Shown in pieces: positions 34,016 through 44,093 of a stretch of DNA of 48,779 bases. This stretch comes from a virus. Its lineage: Duplodnaviria; Caudoviricetes. The notes beneath the pieces were generated by a model. It worked only from the letters and a program-made list of their open reading frames with translations, ran no database searches and was not told where the DNA came from. The stretch lies in IMG/VR virus record IMGVR_UViG_3300044652_000067, positions 1-48,779 of that record; one strand, written 5' to 3'. Each line of letters starts with the position of its first letter. Position 1 is the first letter of the stretch. Made by a program: the position numbers and the translations under genes.

Positions 34016-37000
34016 CGACATCATCGGCTCCGTCGCCGTCGAAGTCCTGCCCTCGGCGAAGTCGTTCGTCCAGCGATTCAAGCAGCAGGTGCTGCCCGGT
34101 GCCCGGCAGGCCGGTGACGAACTTGGAAGTGTTGCTGGTACTGCCGCCGCGAAGGCGCTCGCCGACCGGCTGAAGAACGGCATCGAGGAAGGATTCCGTC
34201 GCAGCGACGCCGCCCGGCAGGGCGGCAAGCAGGGCGAGGAGTTCGGTGGGGCGTTCGCGCGCACCGTGAAGGCACGGCTGGATGCGGCGCTGCGGAACCT
34301 GCCCAAGGCGAAGGTGGACGCCGACACGACCGGTGCTCAGCGGCAGTTGGCCGAGCTGCGTGCCCGGATGGCGGAGCTGTCGGGCAAGAAGATCGGCGTT
34401 GACATCACCGCGAAGGAGGCGCTGGCGCGGCTCGCCGCGCTCAGGGCGGAACTGGACAGGCTGGCCAGCAAGTCGACCGACATCCGGGTCAACGTCGACG
34501 CGCGTACCGCCTCGGCGGAACTGGCGAAGCTGCGCGGCGAGCTTGAGGGCGTCTTTCGCGCAGGCGGGCCATCGGCCGGAAGTCTCGGTGAGGCTGGGGC
34601 TGGTGGTGGGCCGGTGGGGCTCGGTGCTGCCATCGCAGCCGGGCTAACGCTCGTAGGACCGGCGGCCGGTGCGGCGACCGCCGGCATTGCCGCTGTCGGT
34701 GCCGCAGCGGGCACGACGATGCTCGCCATCCAGGGCATCCGGACGGAGATGAAGAATCAGACCGTTGACGGCCGGGCGTTCACCGCTGAAGTGAAGTCCT
34801 CCCAGTCGGCGCTGAGCCTGCTGGAGGCCACGGCCGCCCGGTACGCCCAGCCGGGTATCTTCTCCGCCCTGTCGCAGGTCAACGCCTTCCTGCCCACCCT
34901 CAACCCGCTAGTCGGGGACCTGGCGAAGCACCTGAGCACCGCGTTCTCCATCGGCACCGGTGGCCTCATCCAAGGCCTGAAGACCGCCGAGCCGCTGCTG
35001 TCCGACGCGGGAGTGGACGCGACCGTCCTGGCGCAGAAGTTCGCCGACTTCGCCGGCAGCAGCGAGTTCCGGCACTTCATCGACTACGCCCGCCGTGAAC
35101 TGCCGATCATCGGGCACGACATGCAGGACTTCGCCACCGCCGCCATCCATACCGCCGTGGCGCTGCAGCCGCTGGGGGATGCCCTGCTGCGCATCCTCGA
35201 TGACGCCTCGCATGTCGTCGACACACTAGCGAAGATCACCAAGTGGTCGATGCCGAAGGACCAGGTCGCCCCGTCCGCCGGGACGTCAGGCATCGGACCC
35301 GGCTACCACTCCGGCGGGGCGAAGCCGAACCTGCTGCACCAGATCAACGACACGATAGTCAACGGCGCGGTCGACTTCCTCACCGGTGACCAGTCCGACC
35401 CGGGCGGGGTGAAGAAGCGGGCCGCGCAGCAGAAAGCCGCAGCCGACCAAGCCGCTGCGGCCGCGAAGCAGCAGGTGACGGCGCTCAACGACGCCGCCCG
35501 CGCGGCCGCGTTCAACCAGCTCGCCATGCAGAACACCGGTCTGGCTCAACTGGTCACCAAGGGCGACTACGACACCGCCACCGCCGCCATCAAGAAGCAG
35601 GAAGAGCAGCTCGCGGCCACCACGGCCCAGATGCGCATCCAGGGCGACGTGTCCGGGCTGCTGCAGCAGGCCGAGGACAAACTGTCCGGCAAGGCCTATT
35701 CGGCCGCGAACGCGCAGAACACGTTCGAGCAGGGCATCGTGTCGCTGCTGCAGAACGTCAAGTCCGGCGGCCCGGTGTTTACCGGTCTGTCGCAGGCGGC
35801 GATCACGAACCGGTCCAGCCTGCTGCAACTGCGAGACGCCGCCCTCGCCGCAGCCGGGACCTACGGCGACGTGAACGTGTCCGGCTCGGCCGCGCAGAAG
35901 AAACTGATCGAGCTCCGGCAGACGATCATTGACTCCACCGGCACCACCGGCAAGGCACGTGACGAGGTCACCAAGTTCGTCGATTCGATCCTGAAAATTC
36001 CAGACTCGGCATCGGTCGACGTCACCGCGGACACGAACCCGGCAGTGACTGCGATCAGCAACCTGCGAAACATGATCACCGGTATCGCCGGGCACCATTA
36101 CGCCGTCTATTTCGACGCGAAAACGAACGGCTCCCTCCCGCGCGGCGGCAACGCCGCATCGCTGAGCGCCTACGGCAACATCTTCGCCTACGGCACCGGC
36201 GGCGGGGACGTGGCGAACCGGCACATGCCCGCGATCTACCGGGCTGAGCCGAACCGGGTACGTATTTTCGCCGAACCCGAGACTCAAGGCGAGGCCTACA
36301 TACCGCTCGCCAACGACGGCCGACGACCGCGGGCTCAGGCGATCCTGTCCGAGACGGCCCGCAGGCTCGGCGGTGCTGCCTTCTTCGCCGATGGCGGCCT
36401 GGTCGACCTGAGCGGCAACGGCCCGTACACCCTGGGCGGCGGGACGGGCACGAAGGCCGCCGCGGCAGGGAAGAAAGCGGCTGCGACGAGCAAGGCCGTA
36501 GCGAAGGCCGCCAGCACCCTGGCGACCGCGCAGGCCAACATCCGGTTCACCGCGAGTCTCGACCTGTCCCGGCTTACCTCCAGCGGCACCGCTTCGGCGA
36601 TCGCCTCGGCGATCCGGAAGCTGATCACCGACGTCCACACCGCCGCGTCGAAGGGCATCGGGTCGGACTCGCTGATCCCGACGCTGCAGGCCGAAAACGC
36701 ACAGTTGGGTCGGTTGGCCACCGAGCGCGTCGGGCTGACCAACAAGATCAAGGCAGCGACGGCGAGCCTGAACCAGCAGCGGCAGGGTTTCGCTCAGGAG
36801 TCCAACACCGTCGCCGGCGCGATCGGCGGAGTCTTCGACATCACGTCACTGGACTCCCCGGCCGCGTTCGGCACCGCCAGCCCGGATGCGTTCATCCGCA
36901 ACTTGCGGTTGGAGGCGCAGCAGGTCGACAACGCCGACGCGCAGATCGAGAAACTCCGCTCGCTCGGCCTGGACAAGCACCTGATCCAGCAGTTGGGGGA

Positions 37001-37517
37001 GAAGGGCGCTGCGGCGTTCCCCGCGATCCAGTCGCTGTCAACGGCGAGCGCTGCGCAGGTCGCGCAGATCGACGCCCTGTACGCGAAGGTGCAGGCCTCC
37101 TCGAAGGCCACCGGCAACGAGGTGGCGGCATCGCTGTTCCAAGCCGGTATCGACTCGACGGTCGGCTTCATCCGCGGCCTCGACTCGCAACTGTCCAAGG
37201 TCAACCTCGCAGGTTCGCGGCTGGTCGCCACGCTGGTGAAGCAGGTCAAGAAAGACCTCGGCATCAAGTCCCCGTCCGTCGTGATGCGCCAGCACGGACG
37301 GTTCACCGCCGAAGGGTTCGCTCTCGGCATCGCCGACCGATACGGCATGGTGACCAGCAACGCGAACGCCCTTGCCAACGCCGCCGTGCGCCCAACCCAG
37401 TTCGGCAGCGCCCCGCAGTTCCCCAATGGCCTCGTGCACGTCCATCCGGCACCGAACCACAGCGAGACGGCCATCGGCACCGCTGCCGGCCGCTACCTGG
37501 CGACACAGTTCACATGA
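34002..37517 (+). CDS. Tape measure protein
   Basis: 1171 aa, Ala-rich and helical; IGSVAVEVLP start; FAEPET.GEAYIPL and LGIKSPS.V...G.F..EG motifs. Confidence 0.93.
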   Translation: MPVADDIIGSVAVEVLPSAKSFVQRFKQQVLPGARQAGDELGSVAGTAAAKALADRLKNGIEEGFRRSDAARQGGKQGEEFGGAFARTVKARLDAALRNLPKAKVDADTTGAQRQLAELRARMAELSGKKIGVDITAKEALARLAALRAELDRLASKSTDIRVNVDARTASAELAKLRGELEGVFRAGGPSAGSLGEAGAGGGPVGLGAAIAAGLTLVGPAAGAATAGIAAVGAAAGTTMLAIQGIRTEMKNQTVDGRAFTAEVKSSQSALSLLEATAARYAQPGIFSALSQVNAFLPTLNPLVGDLAKHLSTAFSIGTGGLIQGLKTAEPLLSDAGVDATVLAQKFADFAGSSEFRHFIDYARRELPIIGHDMQDFATAAIHTAVALQPLGDALLRILDDASHVVDTLAKITKWSMPKDQVAPSAGTSGIGPGYHSGGAKPNLLHQINDTIVNGAVDFLTGDQSDPGGVKKRAAQQKAAADQAAAAAKQQVTALNDAARAAAFNQLAMQNTGLAQLVTKGDYDTATAAIKKQEEQLAATTAQMRIQGDVSGLLQQAEDKLSGKAYSAANAQNTFEQGIVSLLQNVKSGGPVFTGLSQAAITNRSSLLQLRDAALAAAGTYGDVNVSGSAAQKKLIELRQTIIDSTGTTGKARDEVTKFVDSILKIPDSASVDVTADTNPAVTAISNLRNMITGIAGHHYAVYFDAKTNGSLPRGGNAASLSAYGNIFAYGTGGGDVANRHMPAIYRAEPNRVRIFAEPETQGEAYIPLANDGRRPRAQAILSETARRLGGAAFFADGGLVDLSGNGPYTLGGGTGTKAAAAGKKAAATSKAVAKAASTLATAQANIRFTASLDLSRLTSSGTASAIASAIRKLITDVHTAASKGIGSDSLIPTLQAENAQLGRLATERVGLTNKIKAATASLNQQRQGFAQESNTVAGAIGGVFDITSLDSPAAFGTASPDAFIRNLRLEAQQVDNADAQIEKLRSLGLDKHLIQQLGEKGAAAFPAIQSLSTASAAQVAQIDALYAKVQASSKATGNEVAASLFQAGIDSTVGFIRGLDSQLSKVNLAGSRLVATLVKQVKKDLGIKSPSVVMRQHGRFTAEGFALGIADRYGMVTSNANALANAAVRPTQFGSAPQFPNGLVHVHPAPNHSETAIGTAAGRYLATQFT

Positions 37518-38350
37518 GCCAGATCATCATCGGCGGATTCAACGTCGGCGGCAGCACCACCGTTCAGGACGCGAACGGCTGCACCTGGCACACGGAGAAC
37601 CTGACCGGCTGGGGACCGACGAACACCACACTGCAGATCACGCAGAAGGAACGCGCCGACGGTGGCTGGCCGAGCGAGAAGTACCGGACTCCGCGCACGG
37701 TCAGTGCAGTCTCCGTGGTTGACGGGCCGTCCGTGGCGGCCGTCGCGGCATCGGTCAACGCCCTCTACGCCGCGATGGACGGCTTTCCTGTCCTGAGCGT
37801 CGATGAAGGCCTCGGCCCATTGTGGGTCAACGCAGAGCAGCAGTACGGTCCGGTGCCGACGTGGAACGGGGCGTACTGCGAAGTCTCCTGGCAGCTTGAG
37901 GTAGCCGATTCCCGCAGGTTCGGCCAGACCTACACCGGCTCGACAGGCTTGCCGTCGCTGACCGGCGGCCTGACCGTGCCGCACACGGTGCCGTTCGCGA
38001 TCAACTCGACCATCGTGTCCGGCAACGTCGTCCTCAACAACCCCGGCACCGCGACCGGCCCGGTGACCATCACGATATACGGGCCGATCACCGGGCCGGT
38101 GATCACGCATGTCGGCTCCGGACTGTCGCTGGTCTTCGCGGCCAGCCTCACCCTGGGTGCCGGCGAGTTCCTGGTGATCGACATGGACAACCGGAAGGCG
38201 CTCGCCCAGGGCCAGTCCAGCCGGTCCCTGTACATCACGACCCGCGGATGGTCCGGATTCGACAAGGGCGGCAACACCTGGGCGCTCAGCGCATCCACCT
38301 ACTCGGCCGGAGCCTCGATGACCGTCTCGGCGATCGAGGCGTGGCTATGA
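37514..38350 (+). CDS. Distal tail protein (Dit-like)
   Basis: First gene after the tape measure; L.GW, A.D.R.F, N.GT...P...I.GP, L..GE.L.ID. Confidence 0.8.
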   Translation: MSQIIIGGFNVGGSTTVQDANGCTWHTENLTGWGPTNTTLQITQKERADGGWPSEKYRTPRTVSAVSVVDGPSVAAVAASVNALYAAMDGFPVLSVDEGLGPLWVNAEQQYGPVPTWNGAYCEVSWQLEVADSRRFGQTYTGSTGLPSLTGGLTVPHTVPFAINSTIVSGNVVLNNPGTATGPVTITIYGPITGPVITHVGSGLSLVFAASLTLGAGEFLVIDMDNRKALAQGQSSRSLYITTRGWSGFDKGGNTWALSASTYSAGASMTVSAIEAWL

Positions 38351-38363
38351 CTTGGAGCGGTGA

Positions 38364-39488
38364 ATGACGATCACGGTTTACCCGGCCGACGCCGTCTCCG
38401 GAACGCCGAACTACAGCGGCCGGATGCTGCGCCAGACCATGGCCGTGGCCTTCGCCGGAGCCAGCGCCGCACGACCGCTCGGGGCGCGCTCCGGCGTGCG
38501 CCCAGGCACCCCATCAAGCACCGTCACCGCGACCTCGACCACATGGACCGTCCAGCCCCACGCTGGGCTGCTTGACCTGGAAACGGCGCTGCAGGCCAGC
38601 GCCTACGCCTACTCCTCCGACGCCGCGGTGACCGGTACGATGACCGCGGCGAACGCCACCAACCCCCGGGTCGACGTCATCTGGGTCACCGTGAATGACG
38701 CGGCCGAGTCCGACGGCACCTCAGCGTCCACGCCGCCGAACGTGGCCTTCGGCTACAGCGCGGGGACCGCTGCGGCCTCACCGGTCGCGCCCGGCGTCGG
38801 GCAGGGCAGCCCCGCCGTGCCGACCCGGTCGATGATCATCGCCCAGATCAACGTCCCGGTATCCGGCGGCGGCTCGCCCACCGTCACCTGGATCGCCCCG
38901 TACTGCGCCGCCGCCGGCGCGCCCCGACTCGTCAACACACTGTCCCAGGCCGGGACGGGGATGTACAACGGCGAGCCGATCATGACCCTCGACACCGGCA
39001 TCCCCTACTGGTGGTACGCGACGGGCGGCGCCTGGTACACGAAGCCGGTGCAGCCGCCGATGGCCTGCCGCTACTACTGCAGCGCCGCGATGAACCTCAC
39101 CAACGGCGGCAGGACCCAGCTCACCCTCGGCGGCAAGTCGTTCGACTACTCACCCGGCGGCAACCTGGTGTCCAGCAACGCGTTCACCGCCACCGAGGCG
39201 GGCCTGTACGACGTGCGCTGGCGGGTCAGCGCGAACATCAACAACAACCCGCAAGACTTCTACTCCCTCATCGCCTCCAGCGGGTTCGGCACCGAATACT
39301 CCTACGGCAACCGTGTGGACGTCCGCTCCGGCACCTCGGCCGACACGTGGGCATCCGGCGGGGCCGATCTGGTTCCGCTCGCCGTCGGAGGCACGATCAT
39401 CCTCGCCGCGAACAACCCCGGCGCGAACATCATGGTCGTCACCACCGGGACCACCAACACCTTCCTGTCGATCGTCAAGGTCGACTAG
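38364..39488 (+). CDS. Minor tail protein with a C-terminal beta-sandwich (possible receptor binding)
   Basis: A.ATNPR.D.I...V.D, GTAAASP.AP motifs; C1q-like FTA.EAGLY.V C-terminus. Confidence 0.7.
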   Translation: MTITVYPADAVSGTPNYSGRMLRQTMAVAFAGASAARPLGARSGVRPGTPSSTVTATSTTWTVQPHAGLLDLETALQASAYAYSSDAAVTGTMTAANATNPRVDVIWVTVNDAAESDGTSASTPPNVAFGYSAGTAAASPVAPGVGQGSPAVPTRSMIIAQINVPVSGGGSPTVTWIAPYCAAAGAPRLVNTLSQAGTGMYNGEPIMTLDTGIPYWWYATGGAWYTKPVQPPMACRYYCSAAMNLTNGGRTQLTLGGKSFDYSPGGNLVSSNAFTATEAGLYDVRWRVSANINNNPQDFYSLIASSGFGTEYSYGNRVDVRSGTSADTWASGGADLVPLAVGGTIILAANNPGANIMVVTTGTTNTFLSIVKVD

Positions 39489-39489
39489 C

Positions 39490-40629
39490 GTGCCGCTGCA
39501 GTGGCTCGCGGCGGACCTGCTCACCGGCAAGATCATTTGCGAACTGCCGTCGATCACTTCTGAAGACCCGTTCCGGCGCGTGATCGGGCAACTGCAGACC
39601 TCCAACGCTGTCCTGACCATCCCGGCGGACGGCTCGATCGACCCGGACTGGGAACGTGCACTGGAGGGCGGCGCTTCAGTGCTGCACGCCTACACGGGCG
39701 ACCCGGGCCAGGAGCAGCCGCACTGGTCCGGAGTCGTCATGGGCGCGGATCGAGGCCTGACCAACCAGGTGCCGATCCGGATGGTGACCGGCGAGGGCCT
39801 GCTGGATCGCAGGTTCGGCGGTGAGTATACGACCGACCCGACAGGCGTCGGGGCGACGAAGCCGCAGAACCAGATCGTGGCAGACGTCGTCACCCAGTTC
39901 GCGGCCGACGTCGGCGGATTCCCCATCACTGTGGTGCAACTACCCGATCCGCCCGGCGTCACCGGCAACACCGCACGGCAGGCGACGTTCCACGACTACG
40001 AGGACCGGACCGTCCTGTCCATCCTCTCGTCGCTGATGGGCTACGACGGCGGCCCCGAGTGGACGGTCAAGTTCTTCTGGAACCACTCGGTCACCCCGAA
40101 CACCATCACCCCGTACCTGTACGTCGGCACAAGGATCGGAACACCCGCGACGGCTGGGCTCGGCCCGAATGTGACGTTCGATGAGACCCAGTGCCTGTCG
40201 CCGACGTTCTTCAGCACCGACTACGGCCAGGGCAAGGGCGCGAACGTGCTCACCGCCCTGTCGCCGGGTCAAGGGCTCGGGCGGCTGCAGGAGACCGTCA
40301 CCGCACCAGCGAACGGCCGGCCGAAGTACGAATACCGGTGGACGCCCACAACCAGCGATGACGCCTATGATCCGACTGTTCTGACCAGCTTCGCCACCTC
40401 AGCTGCCGCGGTGATCGGTGACGGGGTAGAGACGTTGACCCTGACGTTTCCGTTCGACATGGACGGGCACCGGCTCGGCACGGACTGGGACGCCGGTGAC
40501 GACATCGGCTACTCCCTCCAGTCGGTGGCGATACCAACCAGGCGGGAAGGGGTGGTGCGGGTGGTCGGCTACGAATGCACCAACACAACCGTCACCCCCT
40601 TGCTGGCCCAGCCGGGAGGATTCCAGTGA
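39490..40629 (+). CDS. Minor tail protein (baseplate hub/Tal-like)
   Basis: W.A.DL.TG.II.ELP, P.W.G.V, L..L....GGPEW, DW..GD.I. Confidence 0.75.
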   Translation: MPLQWLAADLLTGKIICELPSITSEDPFRRVIGQLQTSNAVLTIPADGSIDPDWERALEGGASVLHAYTGDPGQEQPHWSGVVMGADRGLTNQVPIRMVTGEGLLDRRFGGEYTTDPTGVGATKPQNQIVADVVTQFAADVGGFPITVVQLPDPPGVTGNTARQATFHDYEDRTVLSILSSLMGYDGGPEWTVKFFWNHSVTPNTITPYLYVGTRIGTPATAGLGPNVTFDETQCLSPTFFSTDYGQGKGANVLTALSPGQGLGRLQETVTAPANGRPKYEYRWTPTTSDDAYDPTVLTSFATSAAAVIGDGVETLTLTFPFDMDGHRLGTDWDAGDDIGYSLQSVAIPTRREGVVRVVGYECTNTTVTPLLAQPGGFQ

Positions 40630-41276
40630 CCCAGCCCGGCTCGCTGGCAAACCTCGTCCCGCGCAGCCCGCGTGACCTGGTCGCACGGATCGAGGCTATC
40701 GAGAGGTGGATACGGGAGCGCTCGGCGGTCAGTGGCGCGCTGCAGTCGCCAGACTTCGACGGATCACTCAATCCTCCCGCAGCGGGCACGAAGGGTTGGG
40801 GGCTCGGCGGCCCCGGCGGGGCGGCGGTTTTCAACATCCTCGTGCTGCGACAGGGCATCGTTGGAGACTCAGCACTCGCCAACCCGGCAGCGTTCGGATG
40901 GGCGAATTCGGACTGGGACACGCTGACCTTCACCACGACCAACCTAGAGAAGACGGTCACCATCCCAGTGCCGAGCGGCTACACCCGGGCTCTGATCATG
41001 GCGACTGCGGTATCAGGCGCTACGGCGTACGCATCCGGGGTCGCCAACCTGTACGTGTCCTGCTCGATCCAGGGCGTGCATCCTGAGTTCGTTGCGCACC
41101 AGTTGGCCGCGAACCTCGCAGGCAGCGCCAGTCGTAGCTACGCAGCCAGCCTGACCAGCCTCACGCCCGGTGGCACTGTCTCTGTCGGCGCACTAGGCGT
41201 CATCGACACCAACGGCAGCGTGGTGGCGAGCAGTTGCAACCTGCATGTCAGCGCGATCGCGGTGTTCCTGCGCTAG
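40626..41276 (+). CDS. Minor tail protein
   Basis: GGAGG RBS; short coiled coil DLVARIEAIER followed by a beta-rich domain. Confidence 0.7.
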   Translation: MTQPGSLANLVPRSPRDLVARIEAIERWIRERSAVSGALQSPDFDGSLNPPAAGTKGWGLGGPGGAAVFNILVLRQGIVGDSALANPAAFGWANSDWDTLTFTTTNLEKTVTIPVPSGYTRALIMATAVSGATAYASGVANLYVSCSIQGVHPEFVAHQLAANLAGSASRSYAASLTSLTPGGTVSVGALGVIDTNGSVVASSCNLHVSAIAVFLR

Positions 41277-41707
41277 TGCGAAGGGGACGCGTCCTCGGTC
41301 GGCGAAGGAATGCTATTGCCGGACCCGGACGAAGGCGCGCCGTTGCCGGGGTGCTCCGTGATCGGCACGAACGTCGGGGCCGGATCGGCAGCCGAGGTAG
41401 CCGGAGCGACGCTGGTCGTGTCGGATGGCGTGGTCGGATCGGTCACGACTGCTCCCTGCTGCTGTACGGCTGCATGCCTCACCACCACGGTAGAGCTCGG
41501 AGCTGCGAGCTTCGGCGCGACAGGCGCTGCCGAGGTCGGCGCGGCGCTGGTGATCACCGCGACGCTGCCGGTCTGCGCGTCCTGCTTGATCTGGTAGGTC
41601 GCCGGAGGCTGGCTGGAGTGGCCGCCTCCCATGAGAACGACGGCGACGCATGCGCCGACAGCGCCAGCGGCGAGGCTGGAGAAAGCGGCGACCGGGCTGA
41701 GTCTCAT
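41273..41707 (-). CDS. Reverse-oriented membrane-anchored or secreted Ser/Thr/Pro-rich protein (moron)
   Basis: N-terminal hydrophobic helix followed by a low-complexity P/S/T/A tail; has its own promoter. Confidence 0.6.
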   Translation of the reverse strand: MRLSPVAAFSSLAAGAVGACVAVVLMGGGHSSQPPATYQIKQDAQTGSVAVITSAAPTSAAPVAPKLAAPSSTVVVRHAAVQQQGAVVTDPTTPSDTTSVAPATSAADPAPTFVPITEHPGNGAPSSGSGNSIPSPTEDASPSH

Positions 41708-41744
41708 GGCGAGCATCCTAGATCGTTTCACGGCAAGTTGACAC
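41708..41744 (-). promoter_or_regulatory. Putative leaderless promoter of the reverse moron
   Basis: Minus strand GTGTCA-18bp-TAGGAT-7nt-ATG. Confidence 0.5.
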
Positions 41745-41823
41745 ACCGAATGAGCGGCAATGTGACCAGCCCGATACAGCGGAGTGTCGCGGATCACAGG
41801 AAATGCACCGAAACGGGGACTCC

Positions 41824-42258
41824 ATGCGGCAACGCTTCATCGACTGGGTCCATTACTGCAACAAACCTGACCGGCGCGACGGGTACCTGTTCCTGAAGGG
41901 TGCGCTGTTCGTCTTCCTCGGCTATGCCTACGCGGTCGCGCATGTGCCGTCCACGACCCGGAACTCACTGTCGACCGTCACCCAGTACGTGCCGCTGTGG
42001 GTGTTCGGGGTTCTCTGGATGGCCGCCGGGACGTACTGCATCACCGCTGGCTTTTCCCGCCGGAAGCTGGACGGGTTCGCCGTCGGCGTGCTGATGCCCA
42101 GCATCTGGGGGCTGCTGTACCTGATCTGCTGGATTCACGGCGACCCTGGCCGAGGCTGGGTGTCGGCGGGAATCTTCTGGGCCATCGCGGGGGCGATGTA
42201 CTGCGCATCGGGGCTGATCGACCCTATGCCCGTCGTCCGGAAGGACCCCTCCGAGTGA
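41824..42258 (+). CDS. Four-TM membrane protein (holin-like, lysis module)
   Basis: Four hydrophobic helices; upstream of the endolysin. Confidence 0.65.
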   Translation: MRQRFIDWVHYCNKPDRRDGYLFLKGALFVFLGYAYAVAHVPSTTRNSLSTVTQYVPLWVFGVLWMAAGTYCITAGFSRRKLDGFAVGVLMPSIWGLLYLICWIHGDPGRGWVSAGIFWAIAGAMYCASGLIDPMPVVRKDPSE

Positions 42259-42665
42259 ACAAGGCCGACCTCTTCCTCGGCATCGTGGCCGTGGTAGGAC
42301 CGTTCGCCGCCTACTGGGCCACCACCCGCCATTCACGCAAGACCGAAGATGCCAAGGCGAAGATCGAAGGCCGCACCGTCGAGGGGGAGGCGTACGACCG
42401 CGCGCGCAAGATCGACCAAGAGGTGGTGGGCGGCCTGCGCCAGGAACTGGAACGCCTCAAGAGCGAGCTTCAGGAAGAACGCAAAGGCCGGATAGCCGAT
42501 AGCCGTCGACACGCGGAGGAACTGGCCGACCTTCGGTCCCAGCATGCCGAAGAGATCGCGGCCCTCCGGTCGGTGGTCAACACGTTGAAGACCGAACTGC
42601 ACGTCACGCGCACCCAGTTGGGCATGCCCGGCGTTGCACCTCCAGCAGAAGAGGCAGGTAGCTGA
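42255..42665 (+). CDS. Single-TM coiled-coil lysis-associated protein
   Basis: N-terminal TM followed by a long heptad repeat; GTGA coupling. Confidence 0.7.
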   Translation: MNKADLFLGIVAVVGPFAAYWATTRHSRKTEDAKAKIEGRTVEGEAYDRARKIDQEVVGGLRQELERLKSELQEERKGRIADSRRHAEELADLRSQHAEEIAALRSVVNTLKTELHVTRTQLGMPGVAPPAEEAGS

Positions 42666-43423
42666 TGGTCTGGATCGGCGACACCAACCACCGGTTCGCC
42701 CCGGCGCTGCTGACGCTGTTGAGTCAACTAGAGGAGCGCTGGCCCGGCAAGGGTTGGCTGAACTCGCCGCAGACGGGCACGATCGGCGACCTCGCGCATC
42801 AGGCCGAGTCCAACTCCGACCACAACCCCTGGCTGAACAACACCGTCCGGGCGCTGGACGTGGCGGCGAACGTTTCCGGAGTGCCGGGCATCGTCACGGT
42901 GACGGACGCGCCGGACTGCGAAGCCCTGTTCGCCATGGCGAACCGCATGTACGGCGCGAGGGACCCGAGGGTCTGGCCGGACGGCTACGCGATGTTCCAC
43001 CACCGGATCACCGACCCCGCGAACCCGGGCCAGTTCAAGCCGACCGCGTCCTGGCAGGACCCGCACCTGTACCACCTACACATCTCCGTCAGCCAGAACC
43101 CGGCCGGGTACAACTCGACCGCTCCATGGCCGCTGCCCGACGAGACGCCCAGTACGAGCTCTGGCGGGGCGACGAAGGTCACCCCCGCCGCAACTACCGG
43201 AGGTCGCATGTTCGAGATCATCCACAACATCGACAACGGCGCAGTCCGGGCGTGCGGCCCGGGCTTCTGGGCGTCGCTCAACGGCGCGACCCCGCAGGAG
43301 ACGCTGGCGATCGTCGAGGTCTTCCGAACCAGCCCGCTGTGCGCTGACAACAAGGTCACCGACGTGTCCACGGCCCGGATGCAGCTCAAATACAACGTCT
43401 TCATGAAGGGCAAGACCGCCTGA
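42665..43423 (+). CDS. Endolysin, probable Zn peptidase (M15/LAS-like)
   Basis: GTIGD.AHQ...SDHNP...VRALDV and PH..HLHIS (H-x-D and HxH Zn ligands); sits between membrane genes. Confidence 0.75.
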   Translation: MVWIGDTNHRFAPALLTLLSQLEERWPGKGWLNSPQTGTIGDLAHQAESNSDHNPWLNNTVRALDVAANVSGVPGIVTVTDAPDCEALFAMANRMYGARDPRVWPDGYAMFHHRITDPANPGQFKPTASWQDPHLYHLHISVSQNPAGYNSTAPWPLPDETPSTSSGGATKVTPAATTGGRMFEIIHNIDNGAVRACGPGFWASLNGATPQETLAIVEVFRTSPLCADNKVTDVSTARMQLKYNVFMKGKTA

Positions 43424-43806
43424 TGATCAACAACTACGTGGTGTCCCTCATCCGCACCGGTGCCGCCCTGGCGGTCGGCTGGCTGCTGTCCCTCCCGCTC
43501 GCGCACCCGGTGCTGGCGCTGTTGGGGCAGTCCGACACCGATCCGGCCAGCAAGGAGAAGCTGGTAAGCGGCCTCGCGGTCATCCTCACCGCCGCCTGGT
43601 ACGCCGCCGCCCATGCCCTGGAGAAGCGCTACCCGGGCGCGTCCTGGCTGCTCGGCTCCAGCCAGCAGCCTGCGGCCTACACCTCCGGTAACCCACTGTT
43701 CACCGCTGGCACTGGAGCGGTGCCGTCAGGCACCGACCTGAACCCTGTCGCATCGCCTTCCGCCGATCCAACCGCCCACTCCGACAGCGGGGGAGCAACC
43801 ACATGA
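43423..43806 (+). CDS. Holin
   Basis: SLIRT...VGWLL, WY....LEKRYP...WLLG...P.Y two-TM actinophage holin pattern. Confidence 0.75.
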   Translation: MINNYVVSLIRTGAALAVGWLLSLPLAHPVLALLGQSDTDPASKEKLVSGLAVILTAAWYAAAHALEKRYPGASWLLGSSQQPAAYTSGNPLFTAGTGAVPSGTDLNPVASPSADPTAHSDSGGATT

Positions 43807-44090
43807 CCGCACCGACCGAAGCGCTGCCGGTCCGCTACTGCCACGGCTGCGGCCAGTACGACGACCACCCGCGAGCAACCCGCATCATCGACATCAACAA
43901 CCCGGCGCTGGACCAGCTCTACCACTACGACTGCGTACCGCCGGAGGTAGCGCAGGAGCACCCGGAGATTCAGCCGGGACTAGATGCGACCGCCGAAGGC
44001 AAGCGGGGCCAGGACGTCCGGGACGTCATGACCGCGCACGCAGCGTCCATCCCTGAAGCGCCGGCCGACACCGCCATCGAAGGGGCCTGA
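43803..44090 (+). CDS. Small Cys/His protein
   Basis: R.C.GCGQ.DDHPR...H.DC; ATGA coupling. Confidence 0.65.
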   Translation: MTAPTEALPVRYCHGCGQYDDHPRATRIIDINNPALDQLYHYDCVPPEVAQEHPEIQPGLDATAEGKRGQDVRDVMTAHAASIPEAPADTAIEGA

Positions 44091-44093
44091 GCC

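Noticed and set aside
41738-41770. Perfect TTGACA on the plus strand upstream of the lysis genes
   Set aside because: No acceptable -10 hexamer at 16-19 bp; the site is better explained as overlapping the reverse moron promoter.
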